The notes beneath the pieces were generated by a model. That model had not been told where the DNA came from. It saw only the letters and a list, made by a program, of their open reading frames with translations, and did not search any database. A DNA stretch of 64,000 bases from an uncultured Gammaproteobacteria bacterium (GTDB lineage Bacteria; Patescibacteriota; Patescibacteriia; SG8-24). The position numbers and the translations under genes are program-made. The stretch lies in assembly GCA_964491475.1 (NCBI GenBank), contig CAZBFO010000003.1, forward strand, positions 8,766-72,765. The letters run 5' to 3'. Shown here piece by piece: positions 1-9,081 of the stretch (position 1 is the stretch's first letter; each line of letters begins with the position of its first letter).

Positions 1-204
1 CTCCCTCCGCACCTCAAAGCGATTGAGCTTGAAGGCGGGTCGATTCGTCTGGGCTTCTCCTACTCGCTCAAGTATCTTTTTTACATGACGCTGACCGGAG
101 ACGATCGGGCGTTTGCCTGCTGTGAGCACTTGGTCGGCCTGTTGGGTACGACCGTTCCGCTCGGCATGGACGACCGAGGTCGTTGGTTGATTCCCGTCAT
201 CTAG
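1..204 (+). CDS. 3' end of an upstream gene (start outside window); product unknown
   Basis: Open frame 1 from the window edge to TAG at 202-204; GC-rich third codon positions; followed by a hairpin plus T-tract. Confidence 0.35.
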   Translation, partial: LPPHLKAIELEGGSIRLGFSYSLKYLFYMTLTGDDRAFACCEHLVGLLGTTVPLGMDDRGRWLIPVI

Positions 205-211
205 TCGGCAT

Positions 212-241
212 CCTCCGTCATTTGACGGGGGATTTTCTTTT
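212..241 (+). terminator. intrinsic terminator candidate
   Basis: Stem 212-219/224-231 (cctccgtc/gacggggg) followed by ttttcttttt. Confidence 0.45.
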
Positions 242-278
242 CATGCCGCAAATCACCCTGCCGCTTACTTATTTATAA

Positions 279-297
279 AGAGGGCTTCGAGCCCTCT
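279..297. terminator. hairpin 3' of the pth stop, probably bidirectional
   Basis: agagggc-ttcga-gccctct 7-bp stem with A/T-rich flanks on both sides. Confidence 0.45.
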
Positions 298-298
298 T

Positions 299-889
299 TT
301 ACTTCCCGTAAGTATTTGCGGCAACGTCGAGGCCGTCGGTCAGAGTCGTTTCCAGCGCTTTCACGGCGTTTTCGACTGCCTTTTCCAGCTCGCCCTCCTC
401 ATCCTTGCCGAACTTCTCCAGGACGAAGTCCTCGGCCGGAACGGTCTTGGCCCGTTCGGTCCCGATGCCGATGCGGACGCGTGCCACGTCCGGCGTTCCC
501 AGCCGTTCGATGACGTTCTTGATGCCGTTGTGCCCGCCGGCCGATCCGGTTGCGCGAATGCGGATGTTGCCCAGCGGAATGTCGAGCTCGTCGTAGACCA
601 CGATGATGTCGGCGGGGGAGAGCTTCCAGAAGCCTGCGGCCACCGCCACCGCCTCGCCGGAAAGGTTCATGTACGTTTGGGGCAGCATCAGCGCCACCTT
701 CTCACTGCCGACGCGCCCTTCCGAAACCTCGGCATTGAACTTATTCTTCCAGCCGTCAAAAGCGTCGGCATGCAGGGTATGAAAAGCCCGAAGCGCACGG
801 AAGCCGGCATTATGCCGAGTCTTCTCGTATTGCGCTCCGGGATTTCCGAGTCCGACGATCAGTTTCATACGGGTGACCATCTTTGCCAC
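299..889 (-). CDS. pth: peptidyl-tRNA hydrolase
   Basis: 196 aa; N-terminal GLGNPG..Y..TRHNAGF and GHNG motifs typical of Pth. Confidence 0.9.
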   Translation of the reverse strand: MAKMVTRMKLIVGLGNPGAQYEKTRHNAGFRALRAFHTLHADAFDGWKNKFNAEVSEGRVGSEKVALMLPQTYMNLSGEAVAVAAGFWKLSPADIIVVYDELDIPLGNIRIRATGSAGGHNGIKNVIERLGTPDVARVRIGIGTERAKTVPAEDFVLEKFGKDEEGELEKAVENAVKALETTLTDGLDVAANTYGK

Positions 890-1054
890 AGTCTAGCATA
901 TTGAGCCCTTTCTAGAACGCGCCAACCAAGAAAATTGTACGCGGGGGTGGCAGGGGCTGGGGACCCCGCGAGCGCGCAGTGTCGCCCGCAGGCGACCGAG
1001 CACTCGTGGGGTGAGCCCCTGACAGGCCCAGCGCAGTTTCTTGACAGCGCAACG

Positions 1055-2437
1055 TCAGTCGATCTCGCGAGCCAGTACGCGCAGCGGCGAGCCGGAGAAG
1101 TCGAAGTGTTCTCTCATGCGGTTTTCCACGAAGCGCAGGAAGCTGGGGTGCAGCGTCTCCTTGTCGTGGACCACCACCATGAAGGTGGGGGGCTTGGTGC
1201 CGACCTGCGTCATGCCGTACACCTTGGGGCGGTTGCCCTTCTTGCCGAAGCGGTCGCCGCCTTCGGCGAAGTGCGCGTGATGCTTCTTCTTGAGCAGGGC
1301 GATGAAGCCGTCCAGTTCCTCTTGAGGGATGACCTTTTCCCGCTTGGCGGCGATCTCGGTGACGTAACCGAGCAGGCGGTTGACGCGCGAGCCGGTGCGG
1401 GCGGCGATGAAGGCCACGGGCGCCCAAGAGAAGAAGGGGATCTGCCCGTAGACGTACTGGACGTAGTCCTCGGCCTTGCCGAGCTTGAGTCTCTCGGCCT
1501 CATCCCACTTGTTCACGACGATCAGGATGCCGCCGCTGAAGTCCTCGATCAGGCTGGCGAGCTTCTTTTCCTGCAGGTCGATGCCTTGGGTGGCGTCGAC
1601 CATCAGGATAGCCACGTCGGCCAGCTTGAGCTGCTCGATGCTCATGTGCACGCCGATCTTCTCGATGCCGGGCGCGACGCGCGACTTTTTGCGGATGCCG
1701 ACGGTGTCGATGACCAGGATGTTCTTCTTGTTGCCCTTCTCGTCTTCGTAGGTGAGCAAGGTGTCTTGCGGTTCCTTGGTGGTGTGGGCGACTTCGCTGA
1801 CGATGACGCGGTCCTCGCCGGCCAGGGCGTTCAGCAGCGACGACTTGCCGACGTTGGGTCGGCCGATGATGGCCACGCGCATGTCGATGGGCGGCATTTC
1901 CTTGCCGACGCGCTTTTCGGCCTCGAGCTTCTCATAGACCACGTCCAGCAGGTCGCCAACGCCGGTGCCGTTGGCGGCGGAGACGGGGTGCGGCGCGCCG
2001 AAGCCGAGCTTCAGCCATTCGGGATCTTCGGCAATGCGGCGCTTGCCCGGGTTGTCGGCCTTGTTGGCGACGAGAATCACGTCCTTCTTGGACTTCTGGA
2101 GGAATTTGGCGAAGGCGCGGTCCAAAGGGTTCAGTCCGGAAGGGGCGTCGATGAGGAAAAGGATGACGTCGGCCTTCTTCATGGCCAACTTGGCCTGGCG
2201 AGACAGGTTCTTGTCGGTGGCGGCCTCGGAAGTGAGGTCCAGGCCGGCGGTGTCGATCACCGTCATAATGGAGTCGCGCCAGTGGCAATGGCCGAACTTG
2301 ATGTCGCGGGTGGTGCCCGGTTCGGAGGAGGTTATGGCGACGCGCGTCTCGAGAAGACGGTTAAACAATGTCGATTTGCCGACATTCATGCGCCCGACGA
2401 TGGCGATTACCGGGGTGGCGGCGTGACGTTGGTCCAT
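1055..2437 (-). CDS. der: ribosome-associated GTPase Der (EngA), two GTPase domains
   Basis: 460 aa; two G1 motifs (GRMNVGKST, GRPNVGKSS) plus G3/G4 motifs in each half and a C-terminal KH-like region. Confidence 0.9.
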   Translation of the reverse strand: MDQRHAATPVIAIVGRMNVGKSTLFNRLLETRVAITSSEPGTTRDIKFGHCHWRDSIMTVIDTAGLDLTSEAATDKNLSRQAKLAMKKADVILFLIDAPSGLNPLDRAFAKFLQKSKKDVILVANKADNPGKRRIAEDPEWLKLGFGAPHPVSAANGTGVGDLLDVVYEKLEAEKRVGKEMPPIDMRVAIIGRPNVGKSSLLNALAGEDRVIVSEVAHTTKEPQDTLLTYEDEKGNKKNILVIDTVGIRKKSRVAPGIEKIGVHMSIEQLKLADVAILMVDATQGIDLQEKKLASLIEDFSGGILIVVNKWDEAERLKLGKAEDYVQYVYGQIPFFSWAPVAFIAARTGSRVNRLLGYVTEIAAKREKVIPQEELDGFIALLKKKHHAHFAEGGDRFGKKGNRPKVYGMTQVGTKPPTFMVVVHDKETLHPSFLRFVENRMREHFDFSGSPLRVLAREID

Positions 2438-2453
2438 ATTTCGGCCTTATTCC

Positions 2454-3914
2454 TTACAAGGCGTTCTTGCCGATAACGAAGACGAAATCTACCCCATTTG
2501 AGGCGTTTTCGGCAAGCCCCCCAGGGGGACCGGCCTTGGTCTTGCTGGCATTGGTGACGCTCTTGAGCTTGGCCAGTTCCAAGCCCTTCTTGCCCTGGGT
2601 CAAATCAAAGATGACCGAGTCGGAATAGTCAAAGGAATCAGCGTTGCCGATTTTCACGATCTGAAAGCCGTCGGCGATGAGTTTCTTTCCGAATGTTTGC
2701 GCTTGGCCCGGCGTGCCGCTGCCGTTCTGGATTTCCACGCGCGGTTTTTCGGCGGGTTTGGCGGGGGCGTTGGTCCTGTCGTTCGTCGTGGAAGAGGCGA
2801 CCACGGATGGTGCCGGTTCGGGCGGGACGTCGGTGGTGCCAAGGCGGAAGACGTCGGCGGCGAGCGTGCGCAATCCGCCCCAGTCGTCGTTGCGCGGCAC
2901 CAGCACGTAGGCGCCTCCGTAGGCGCTCTCGGCAAGCGGGGAGTCGGGACCGGCATCGACCACCTTGTGCACGATGTCGGCCGGCGTGATCTTTTGCGCC
3001 ACGCGAGCCAAACGCAGGATCTCGCCGATCTGCAGGTTGGTGGCGATGTTGGACTGCAACGCGGCCATGGTGTTAGTGACCGTGGTCGGGCTCTTGAAGG
3101 TGGAGGCGGTCAGCAGCTTGTCCTTGAGCGCCGAAAGTACCTTCTGCTGGCGGGCGGCGCGGGCGAAGTCCGAACCTTCGCCGTTGTTGCCGTGGCGGGA
3201 ACGGGTGAACTTGAGCGCTTCCTCGCCAGTCATGTGCGTCCAGCCTTTCTTGAACGAGACGACTTGGACCCCGTAATCATTGGTCGGATAGGTGTAGTCG
3301 GTGAAGCTCTTGTCGACGCTCACGTCGATGCCGCCGACCGAATCGACCACGCTCTTGAATCCCGCAAAGTCGACGCGGACGTAGTAGGGGATGTCGATGC
3401 CTAGCAGCCCCTCGAGCGCGGTGCGCGCGAAGTCGGCGCCGTGTCCGCGCGAGTCCATCTCGCCGAAGGCGTTGGCGGCATTGATCTTGCGCCAGCCGTA
3501 CTTTGGCAGCGGTACCAGCAAGTCGCGGGGAATCGACAGGAGCGCGACCTTGTCGTTCTTCGGTTCGATGCTCGCCACCATGATGGTATCGGTCAGGTTG
3601 GGACCCTCGTGCCCCTCGCCGCCGGTACCCAGAAGCAGGATGTTGATGCGGTTGTCGCCTTCGCCCTGCAGTTGGCGGTCGGCGCTGCCGATGAGGTGGC
3701 GCATCTGTCCGAGCAGGGGGATGTCATCGAGACCGGACATGGCAAAGATGCCGGTTTGCGATTGCGATGCCCGGCCGTAACCGAAGCAGCCCACGAAGGC
3801 GACGAACAGGAACAGCGTCGATAAAAAAAACTTCACCGGCGAACGACCGGTGCGGGCGGGCTTATGAGGAGTGACTCCACTCGTGGACAGCAGGTCCACT
3901 TTCACGGATTGCAT
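2454..3914 (-). CDS. LytR-CpsA-Psr (LCP) family cell-envelope protein with N-terminal TM anchor and Pro/Thr-rich linker
   Basis: 486 aa; LLLGTGGEGHEGPNLTDTIMVASI...LSIPRDL core typical of LCP phosphotransferases; N-terminal hydrophobic helix. Confidence 0.8.
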   Translation of the reverse strand: MQSVKVDLLSTSGVTPHKPARTGRSPVKFFLSTLFLFVAFVGCFGYGRASQSQTGIFAMSGLDDIPLLGQMRHLIGSADRQLQGEGDNRINILLLGTGGEGHEGPNLTDTIMVASIEPKNDKVALLSIPRDLLVPLPKYGWRKINAANAFGEMDSRGHGADFARTALEGLLGIDIPYYVRVDFAGFKSVVDSVGGIDVSVDKSFTDYTYPTNDYGVQVVSFKKGWTHMTGEEALKFTRSRHGNNGEGSDFARAARQQKVLSALKDKLLTASTFKSPTTVTNTMAALQSNIATNLQIGEILRLARVAQKITPADIVHKVVDAGPDSPLAESAYGGAYVLVPRNDDWGGLRTLAADVFRLGTTDVPPEPAPSVVASSTTNDRTNAPAKPAEKPRVEIQNGSGTPGQAQTFGKKLIADGFQIVKIGNADSFDYSDSVIFDLTQGKKGLELAKLKSVTNASKTKAGPPGGLAENASNGVDFVFVIGKNAL

Positions 3915-4039
3915 GCCCTCATCTTACGCAAAAAGGAAGAAACCGCAAGGCCGTTACTGTCCACTACCTGCGCGGATTTGCACATTGACAGAATTGTGCT
4001 ACCTTTGCTGTACTATGCGCCTAGAAGTGCGCAAATTAG

Positions 4040-4116
4040 GGACGTTTAGCTCAGCTGGTTAGAGCGCTGTCCTCACACGACAGAGGTCGGTGGTTCGATC
4101 CCACCAACGTCCACCA
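4040..4116 (+). tRNA. tRNA-Val (anticodon CAC)
   Basis: Acceptor stem ggacgtt/aacgtcc; D arm agctcagctggttagagc; anticodon stem ctgtc/gacag with loop ctCACac; T arm ggttcgatcc; discriminator a plus encoded CCA. Confidence 0.85.
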
Positions 4117-4176
4117 CCGAACTTCACGGAACTTCCACGAAACTTCGAGGAGAGGCACATTTTTCCATACATTTCC

Positions 4177-4830
4177 ATGCCTGAAACCATGCCGTCGGCT
4201 GACGAGCCGAAGATGCCCGAAGTGCAGCCAACCGTCGTAGACTCTCCCGATGCGTCCAAGTCCCCCTCGCTCTTTTCACGCATTTTCGCATTTGGAGGCG
4301 AACTGCTGCATGTGGTGGTCATCTCATTGGCCATCATCCTTCCGGTCCGCTACTTCCTGATTCAGCCTTTCTACGTGAAAGGCGCATCAATGGAGCCGAA
4401 TTTTTTCGACCACGAGTACCTCATCATCGATGAGATCGGCTACCGGATGCACGATCCGGCCCGCGGAGACATCGTCGTTTTCCGCTACCCGAACGATCCT
4501 CGCCAGTTCTTCATCAAGCGCGTCATCGGCTTGCCGGGGGAGCGGGTGAAGGTCGGCGGCGGCAAGGTCACCGTCTTCAATCAGGAATACCCGGCAGGCA
4601 AGCCGCTCGACGAGACTTCCTACCTGGGAGAGTTGACGACGAACGGCGAACGTGATACCAAGCTCGGCCCGGACGAATACTTCCTGATGGGCGACAATCG
4701 GCCGGCCAGCCTCGATTCACGCGTTTTCGGCTCCGTGCCGCGGTCGTTCATCGTCGGCCGCGTCTGGCTCCGCGGATGGCCGCCCGAGAAGATGAAAGTC
4801 TTTTCCGACAGCCCCGTAGCCCTCCCCTAA
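4177..4830 (+). CDS. lepB: signal peptidase I
   Basis: GASMEPNF (catalytic Ser box), RGDIVVF, IKRVIGLPGE and GDNRPASLDSR motifs. The ORF-track start at 4090 overlaps the tRNA, so the first ATG after the tRNA (4177) was chosen; 4189 and 4210 are alternatives. Confidence 0.75.
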   Translation: MPETMPSADEPKMPEVQPTVVDSPDASKSPSLFSRIFAFGGELLHVVVISLAIILPVRYFLIQPFYVKGASMEPNFFDHEYLIIDEIGYRMHDPARGDIVVFRYPNDPRQFFIKRVIGLPGERVKVGGGKVTVFNQEYPAGKPLDETSYLGELTTNGERDTKLGPDEYFLMGDNRPASLDSRVFGSVPRSFIVGRVWLRGWPPEKMKVFSDSPVALP

Positions 4831-4856
4831 AAGTTCAACTCTCATAAGCAACGAGT

Positions 4857-6272
4857 ATGCCAGCAACCAAAACGAAAAAGCCGGCCGCCGCCAAGTCGAA
4901 GGGTCCTTCCTTCACCAAGGCTTCCGACGGCAAGCCTTCCGCCAAGCGCCAGTCGCAAGGTCTCGATCCGGCCGCGCAGAAGCCGGTGTCCACCAAGGGT
5001 ACGCCGCAGACTCCACGCGGCATGCGCGACATCGTCCCCAGCGAGCAGAAGTACTGGAGGCACATCTACCGCAAGGCCGAGGAACTGACCGCGGCCTACG
5101 GCTTCGAGCGCCTCGACACGCCCATCCTCGAGGAGACTTCGCTGTTCGTGCGCTCCGCCGGCAAGCAGAGCGACGTGGTCGAGAAGGAAATGTTCTCGTT
5201 CATCGACAAGGGCGGCGACAACGTCACCCTGCGCCCCGAAGGCACCGCTCCGATGGTCCGCGCCTACGTCAACCATGGCATGGTCAACCTGCCGCAGCCG
5301 GTAAAGATGTACTACTGGGGTCCGATGTTCCGCTACGAGCGTCCGCAGCACGGCCGCTTCCGCCAGCACCACCAGTTCGGCGTGGAGGTGTTCGGCGATG
5401 CCAGCCCCGTGCAGGACTGCGAGGTGATCCTGCTCGCGTACCTGTTCTACAAGGAGCTGGGCATCAAGACCGCCATCCACATCAACAGCCTCGGTTGCTC
5501 CGGTTGCCGTGCCACCTACGCCACCGAGCTGGCCAACTACTACCGCACCAAGCGCAACCAGATTTGCGAGGACTGCAAGCGCCGCCTGGCCAAGAGCCCG
5601 CTCCGTCTGCTCGACTGCAAAGAGGCCGGCTGCCAGCCCGTCAAGGAAGGCGCGCCGCACATCGTCGACTTCCTCGACGAGGAGTGCAAGAACCACCTGA
5701 TGCGCGTGCTGGAGTACTTGGATGACCTGCAGGTGCCGTACGTGCTGAACCCGCACCTCGTTCGCGGCTTCGACTACTACACCCGCACGGTGTTCGAGAT
5801 CATGCTGGCCGAAGAGAATCCCGAGCAGTCGCAGATCGCGCTCGGCGGGGGAGGCCGGTACGACACGCTCGTGGAGCAGCTCGGCGGCCGCCCCACTCCT
5901 GCCTGCGGCTTCGGCATCGGCGTGGAACGCGTCATTCTCCAGCTGAAGGCGCAGCAGATCGAGCCCAAGGACGATCGTCGCCCGGACATCTTTCTTGCCC
6001 AGCTCGGCGACGCCGCCCGCCGCAAGGCCTTCATGCTGTTCGAGGACCTGCGCGCTTCCGGCGTGCACGCCTCGGCCAACTTCTCCAAGGGCGCGTTGAA
6101 GGGACAACTCGAAATCGCCAACCGCCTCGGTGCCAAGTACACCGTGATCCTCGGTCAAAAAGAGGTCATCGACGGCACCGTCCTCATCCGCGACATGGAG
6201 TCGGGCATGCAGGAGATCGTGCTGTACGACAAGGCCGGTTCGGAGATCAAGAAGAAGCTCGGCAAAGTCTAG
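4857..6272 (+). CDS. hisS: histidyl-tRNA synthetase with ~45-aa Lys/Pro-rich N-terminal extension
   Basis: 471 aa; class II aaRS motifs, RPEGTAPMVRAY, GGGRYD, HisRS anticodon-binding C-terminus; extension MPATKTKKPAAAKSKG... precedes the conserved RGMRD start region. Confidence 0.9.
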   Translation: MPATKTKKPAAAKSKGPSFTKASDGKPSAKRQSQGLDPAAQKPVSTKGTPQTPRGMRDIVPSEQKYWRHIYRKAEELTAAYGFERLDTPILEETSLFVRSAGKQSDVVEKEMFSFIDKGGDNVTLRPEGTAPMVRAYVNHGMVNLPQPVKMYYWGPMFRYERPQHGRFRQHHQFGVEVFGDASPVQDCEVILLAYLFYKELGIKTAIHINSLGCSGCRATYATELANYYRTKRNQICEDCKRRLAKSPLRLLDCKEAGCQPVKEGAPHIVDFLDEECKNHLMRVLEYLDDLQVPYVLNPHLVRGFDYYTRTVFEIMLAEENPEQSQIALGGGGRYDTLVEQLGGRPTPACGFGIGVERVILQLKAQQIEPKDDRRPDIFLAQLGDAARRKAFMLFEDLRASGVHASANFSKGALKGQLEIANRLGAKYTVILGQKEVIDGTVLIRDMESGMQEIVLYDKAGSEIKKKLGKV

Positions 6273-6278
6273 CCGAAG

Positions 6279-6328
6279 CGCAGGAACGCAAAACGCCCTG
6301 GTTTCTCGGGGCGTTTTGCGTTCCTGCG
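6279..6328. repeat. 20-bp perfect inverted repeat (hairpin) between the convergent hisS and Fic-like genes
   Basis: cgcaggaacgcaaaacgccc (6279-6298) pairs perfectly with gggcgttttgcgttcctgcg (6309-6328); 10-nt loop; no flanking U-tract. Confidence 0.7.
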
Positions 6329-6361
6329 GGGTCAGATTGCGCTTGCCAGCAGACTTCGTTC

Positions 6362-7816
6362 TCAGTCATTGAGGCCGTTGATGTTCATCAGGGCGTCGTA
6401 CAGTATTTTGCGGTTTTCAGGAAGTGACGCCTTTCCGTAGTACCCCGGCTCGTTGGCGATCTTGTATTGTTCGTGGCCGACGACGGCGATGGCCACGGGG
6501 TTGTAACCGACGATTTTGGCAAGATTCTTGTAGTAGTCCTTTTCGCGCGTCTTGGGCGGTTCGACGCCCTTCTTGGCCATCAGCAGTTCCAGGAACAGGA
6601 GAGACGTGCTCCCGTTGCGGTCGCCGAAGGGGTGCATGTCGAGCAGGTCATTGTGCAGTTTCGCGGCTTCGATTTCGTAGCGCATTTTGGAGGTGTTCTC
6701 CACGATGCTCTTATCGAACAGGTCGTTGGCCCGATCGATCATCTTCTCCATCTCTGGCCGCACGTCGTCGCTAAGGAGCCCGAGGCGCCTGTTGAAGGTC
6801 ACCACCATGTTCGGATCCTCGCGCAGCTTCGAGAACTCCTTGGGCACGATGCCCTTGTTGTTGAGCGCGTGCAGTTCCTCGATCATCGACAGCTCGATGG
6901 TGGGCGCGTCCGCCATCTTCTTGATGGCATCGGCAACGGCTTCACGATTGCTTTCCTTGAGCTGCTCCAATTCTTCGCGCGTGCGGCCGTACAGCTCCTT
7001 CGTGGTGTTCTCGATGCTTTGCGCCGAACCCGATTGCAGCCTGTGCGCCACCATTTCGTCTTCGATGAAATCGCTGAATTGGTCGAAGATTTCCGCGAAG
7101 GCCTTGTTGACCTCGGGTTTGAGCTGACCGCTGCGTTTCACCGAAGAAAGCTGGTTGAAACGGTTGTAAATGTTGCGCCAAGTGGTCTCGCTGCCTTGCT
7201 GGCTGCGGGGTATCTGCTTGGAGAGCGCGTTCAGCGTGCCCATGATTTCTGACAGTTCGCCCTTGAGTTTTTCCGGATCGGCGCCTTCGAGTTCAAGGTC
7301 CTGTCCCAGCGAGTCGATGTTCCTGAACGCCTGGCCCACGAGCTGTTCTTGGATGCCTTTTTCCATCGCCTCGGCGATGTTGGCACGCGAAGCGTCCAGC
7401 TTGCTGTTCTTCGCGCCAAGGTACATGACCGCGAGCTTGTCGCGATCGGCCGCGGAGACGCCTTCCAGCTTCACGCCGTAGGCCGAAGCCAGCGTATTGA
7501 GCTCGGCCGAAAACGCCTCGTCCTCAAGCATCGCGGGATCGTAGGCGGCGATGATTTCGAGCGATGCCTGCGCGTCCAAGCCCTTGGCATGCAACGCGTC
7601 GAGCAGCGGCCGGCGTTCCTTCTTTTCACGCTCGCGTTTTGCCTCGGGAGTCTCTCGACGATCGGGCCCACCCTCGCCCTTTTCGACGGTCTCCGGGATA
7701 TCCGCATCCGAGATTTCTTCCTCCTCGTCAAAAGAAACGTCAATCGAGCCGTCATCGGGCATCGCCGGCGGCTCCTTATCGCCCGGAGGCACATATTGTC
7801 GCATTTCCGGACCCAT
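6362..7816 (-). CDS. Fic-domain-like protein with degenerate active-site motif and long acidic/helical N-terminal region
   Basis: 484 aa; C-terminal HPFGDRNGSTSLLFLELL aligns to the Fic core HPFx[DE]GNGRxxRLL with substitutions; N-terminus E/D/K-rich. Confidence 0.55.
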   Translation of the reverse strand: MGPEMRQYVPPGDKEPPAMPDDGSIDVSFDEEEEISDADIPETVEKGEGGPDRRETPEAKREREKKERRPLLDALHAKGLDAQASLEIIAAYDPAMLEDEAFSAELNTLASAYGVKLEGVSAADRDKLAVMYLGAKNSKLDASRANIAEAMEKGIQEQLVGQAFRNIDSLGQDLELEGADPEKLKGELSEIMGTLNALSKQIPRSQQGSETTWRNIYNRFNQLSSVKRSGQLKPEVNKAFAEIFDQFSDFIEDEMVAHRLQSGSAQSIENTTKELYGRTREELEQLKESNREAVADAIKKMADAPTIELSMIEELHALNNKGIVPKEFSKLREDPNMVVTFNRRLGLLSDDVRPEMEKMIDRANDLFDKSIVENTSKMRYEIEAAKLHNDLLDMHPFGDRNGSTSLLFLELLMAKKGVEPPKTREKDYYKNLAKIVGYNPVAIAVVGHEQYKIANEPGYYGKASLPENRKILYDALMNINGLND

Positions 7817-7826
7817 GGAGGCGGTG

Positions 7827-8141
7827 CTAATGTCGCAGTCCGAGCGACTTGCGGACTTCCTCGGCCGCGTCCTCGTCCCGCTCTTCGGACTCGTTGCGGA
7901 TCGGATCGCGGATGCCCAAGGTAATCTCGGGGTACTGTTTGACCAGGTCCATCATCGACTCAGGCGGCACTTCGTTCGGAAACTGCTGCGTCAGTCGCAC
8001 CGCTTCCTTGGCGAGACCTCGGATGCGTTCAATCGGGACGTTTCCCTTTTCGAGCTCCTTGGCTATTTCGTCCAAGAGCGTTTTTTGCAGATCGTACGTT
8101 TTCATACGGTCTCGAAAATCCGAGTCTTCATAAGACTGCAT
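7827..8141 (-). CDS. hypothetical small protein, co-oriented immediately upstream of the Fic-like gene
   Basis: 104 aa ORF ending 10 nt before the Fic-like start; acidic C-terminus; no recognisable motif. Confidence 0.4.
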   Translation of the reverse strand: MQSYEDSDFRDRMKTYDLQKTLLDEIAKELEKGNVPIERIRGLAKEAVRLTQQFPNEVPPESMMDLVKQYPEITLGIRDPIRNESEERDEDAAEEVRKSLGLRH

Positions 8142-8164
8142 TATACCATTTTTAAGCCTAAAAG

Positions 8165-8190
8165 AAAAGGGCGCATGAAGCGCCCCTTAT
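8165..8190. terminator. intrinsic terminator for the metallophosphoesterase gene
   Basis: gggcgc-atgaa-gcgccc hairpin with A/T-rich flanks. Confidence 0.5.
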
Positions 8191-8195
8191 CGGTA

Positions 8196-9035
8196 TCAAG
8201 CTGCAAAGGCAAGACGTCGTATCGCATCTCCTTCTTTCACGACGAGCTGTTTTTCGTCATAGTCGCCGCCGATGCTGACGAAGCGCGTCGCACCCTTTTT
8301 GGCATCGCCGCTCATGTGGATGTGTCCGCTGACGACCAGGCTGTGCGGAGCGATGCGACGGATCGTATCGCCCAGGCGCTCGCTGCCGAGGAAGGCGTTC
8401 AGGAAACGCCAGACCTTTGGAACGAGGAAGCGAGGCCATTTCAGTAGGCACTTCGTCGGCACGTGATGCGTGAGAACGACGGTTTCGCGCGTGCCGGCGA
8501 TTTGCCGCAGCTGGCGTTCCAGACGAGATCGTTGCCATTCGGCAACTTCCTCGTCGCTGCAGCCCCAGTCCGCGTGAATCGCGTCTCCCCATATGGCCGA
8601 CTCGGGTCCGGGATAGACCTTCTTTCGGTACGCTTCCGCCGGAACGCCGATACCCTCGTCGCGAAAGGAAAGGTCGTACCATCCCATGGCGCCGGCAAAG
8701 CCGACGTCATTGACGATAAACGGCTCTTCCTCGAGCGGGTGAAAACCGGCTGCCTTGAAGAGGGAGGGGAGACCTCGGTAACGCTCGAGAGCATTACGTT
8801 GATCCTCCTTCCATACGTCATGGTTGCCGGCGATGGCAGCTCGTTTGCCTGGAAACGAGGCAAACAGGGACAAGCAGCTTGTGATGCTATCGTCATCGGT
8901 GGCAAGATCGCCACCGAGCAGGAGGACGTCGTTCTCTCGGCCGCGGGCACATACGTGGGCTGCCAGCGCCTGTACGGACCGGTTGCCGCGCTCACCGACC
9001 CCGAAATGGAGGTCACTTGCCATGAAAACCTTCAT
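8196..9035 (-). CDS. calcineurin-like metallophosphoesterase
   Basis: 279 aa; ASDLHFG, GGDL, GNHD and later His motifs of the metallophosphatase fold. Confidence 0.8.
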   Translation of the reverse strand: MKVFMASDLHFGVGERGNRSVQALAAHVCARGRENDVLLLGGDLATDDDSITSCLSLFASFPGKRAAIAGNHDVWKEDQRNALERYRGLPSLFKAAGFHPLEEEPFIVNDVGFAGAMGWYDLSFRDEGIGVPAEAYRKKVYPGPESAIWGDAIHADWGCSDEEVAEWQRSRLERQLRQIAGTRETVVLTHHVPTKCLLKWPRFLVPKVWRFLNAFLGSERLGDTIRRIAPHSLVVSGHIHMSGDAKKGATRFVSIGGDYDEKQLVVKEGDAIRRLAFAA

Positions 9036-9081
9036 TTTTAGCTCCCAGAGAACAGTGTGTGTCCCTTTATTGGGACACGAA

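Noticed and set aside
3978-4016. Promoter for tRNA-Val (TTGACA 3985-3990 ... TACTAT 4011-4016)
   Set aside because: The spacer would be 20 nt, outside the 16-18-nt range, and no extended -10 is present. Not listed as a feature; the real tRNA promoter is uncertain.
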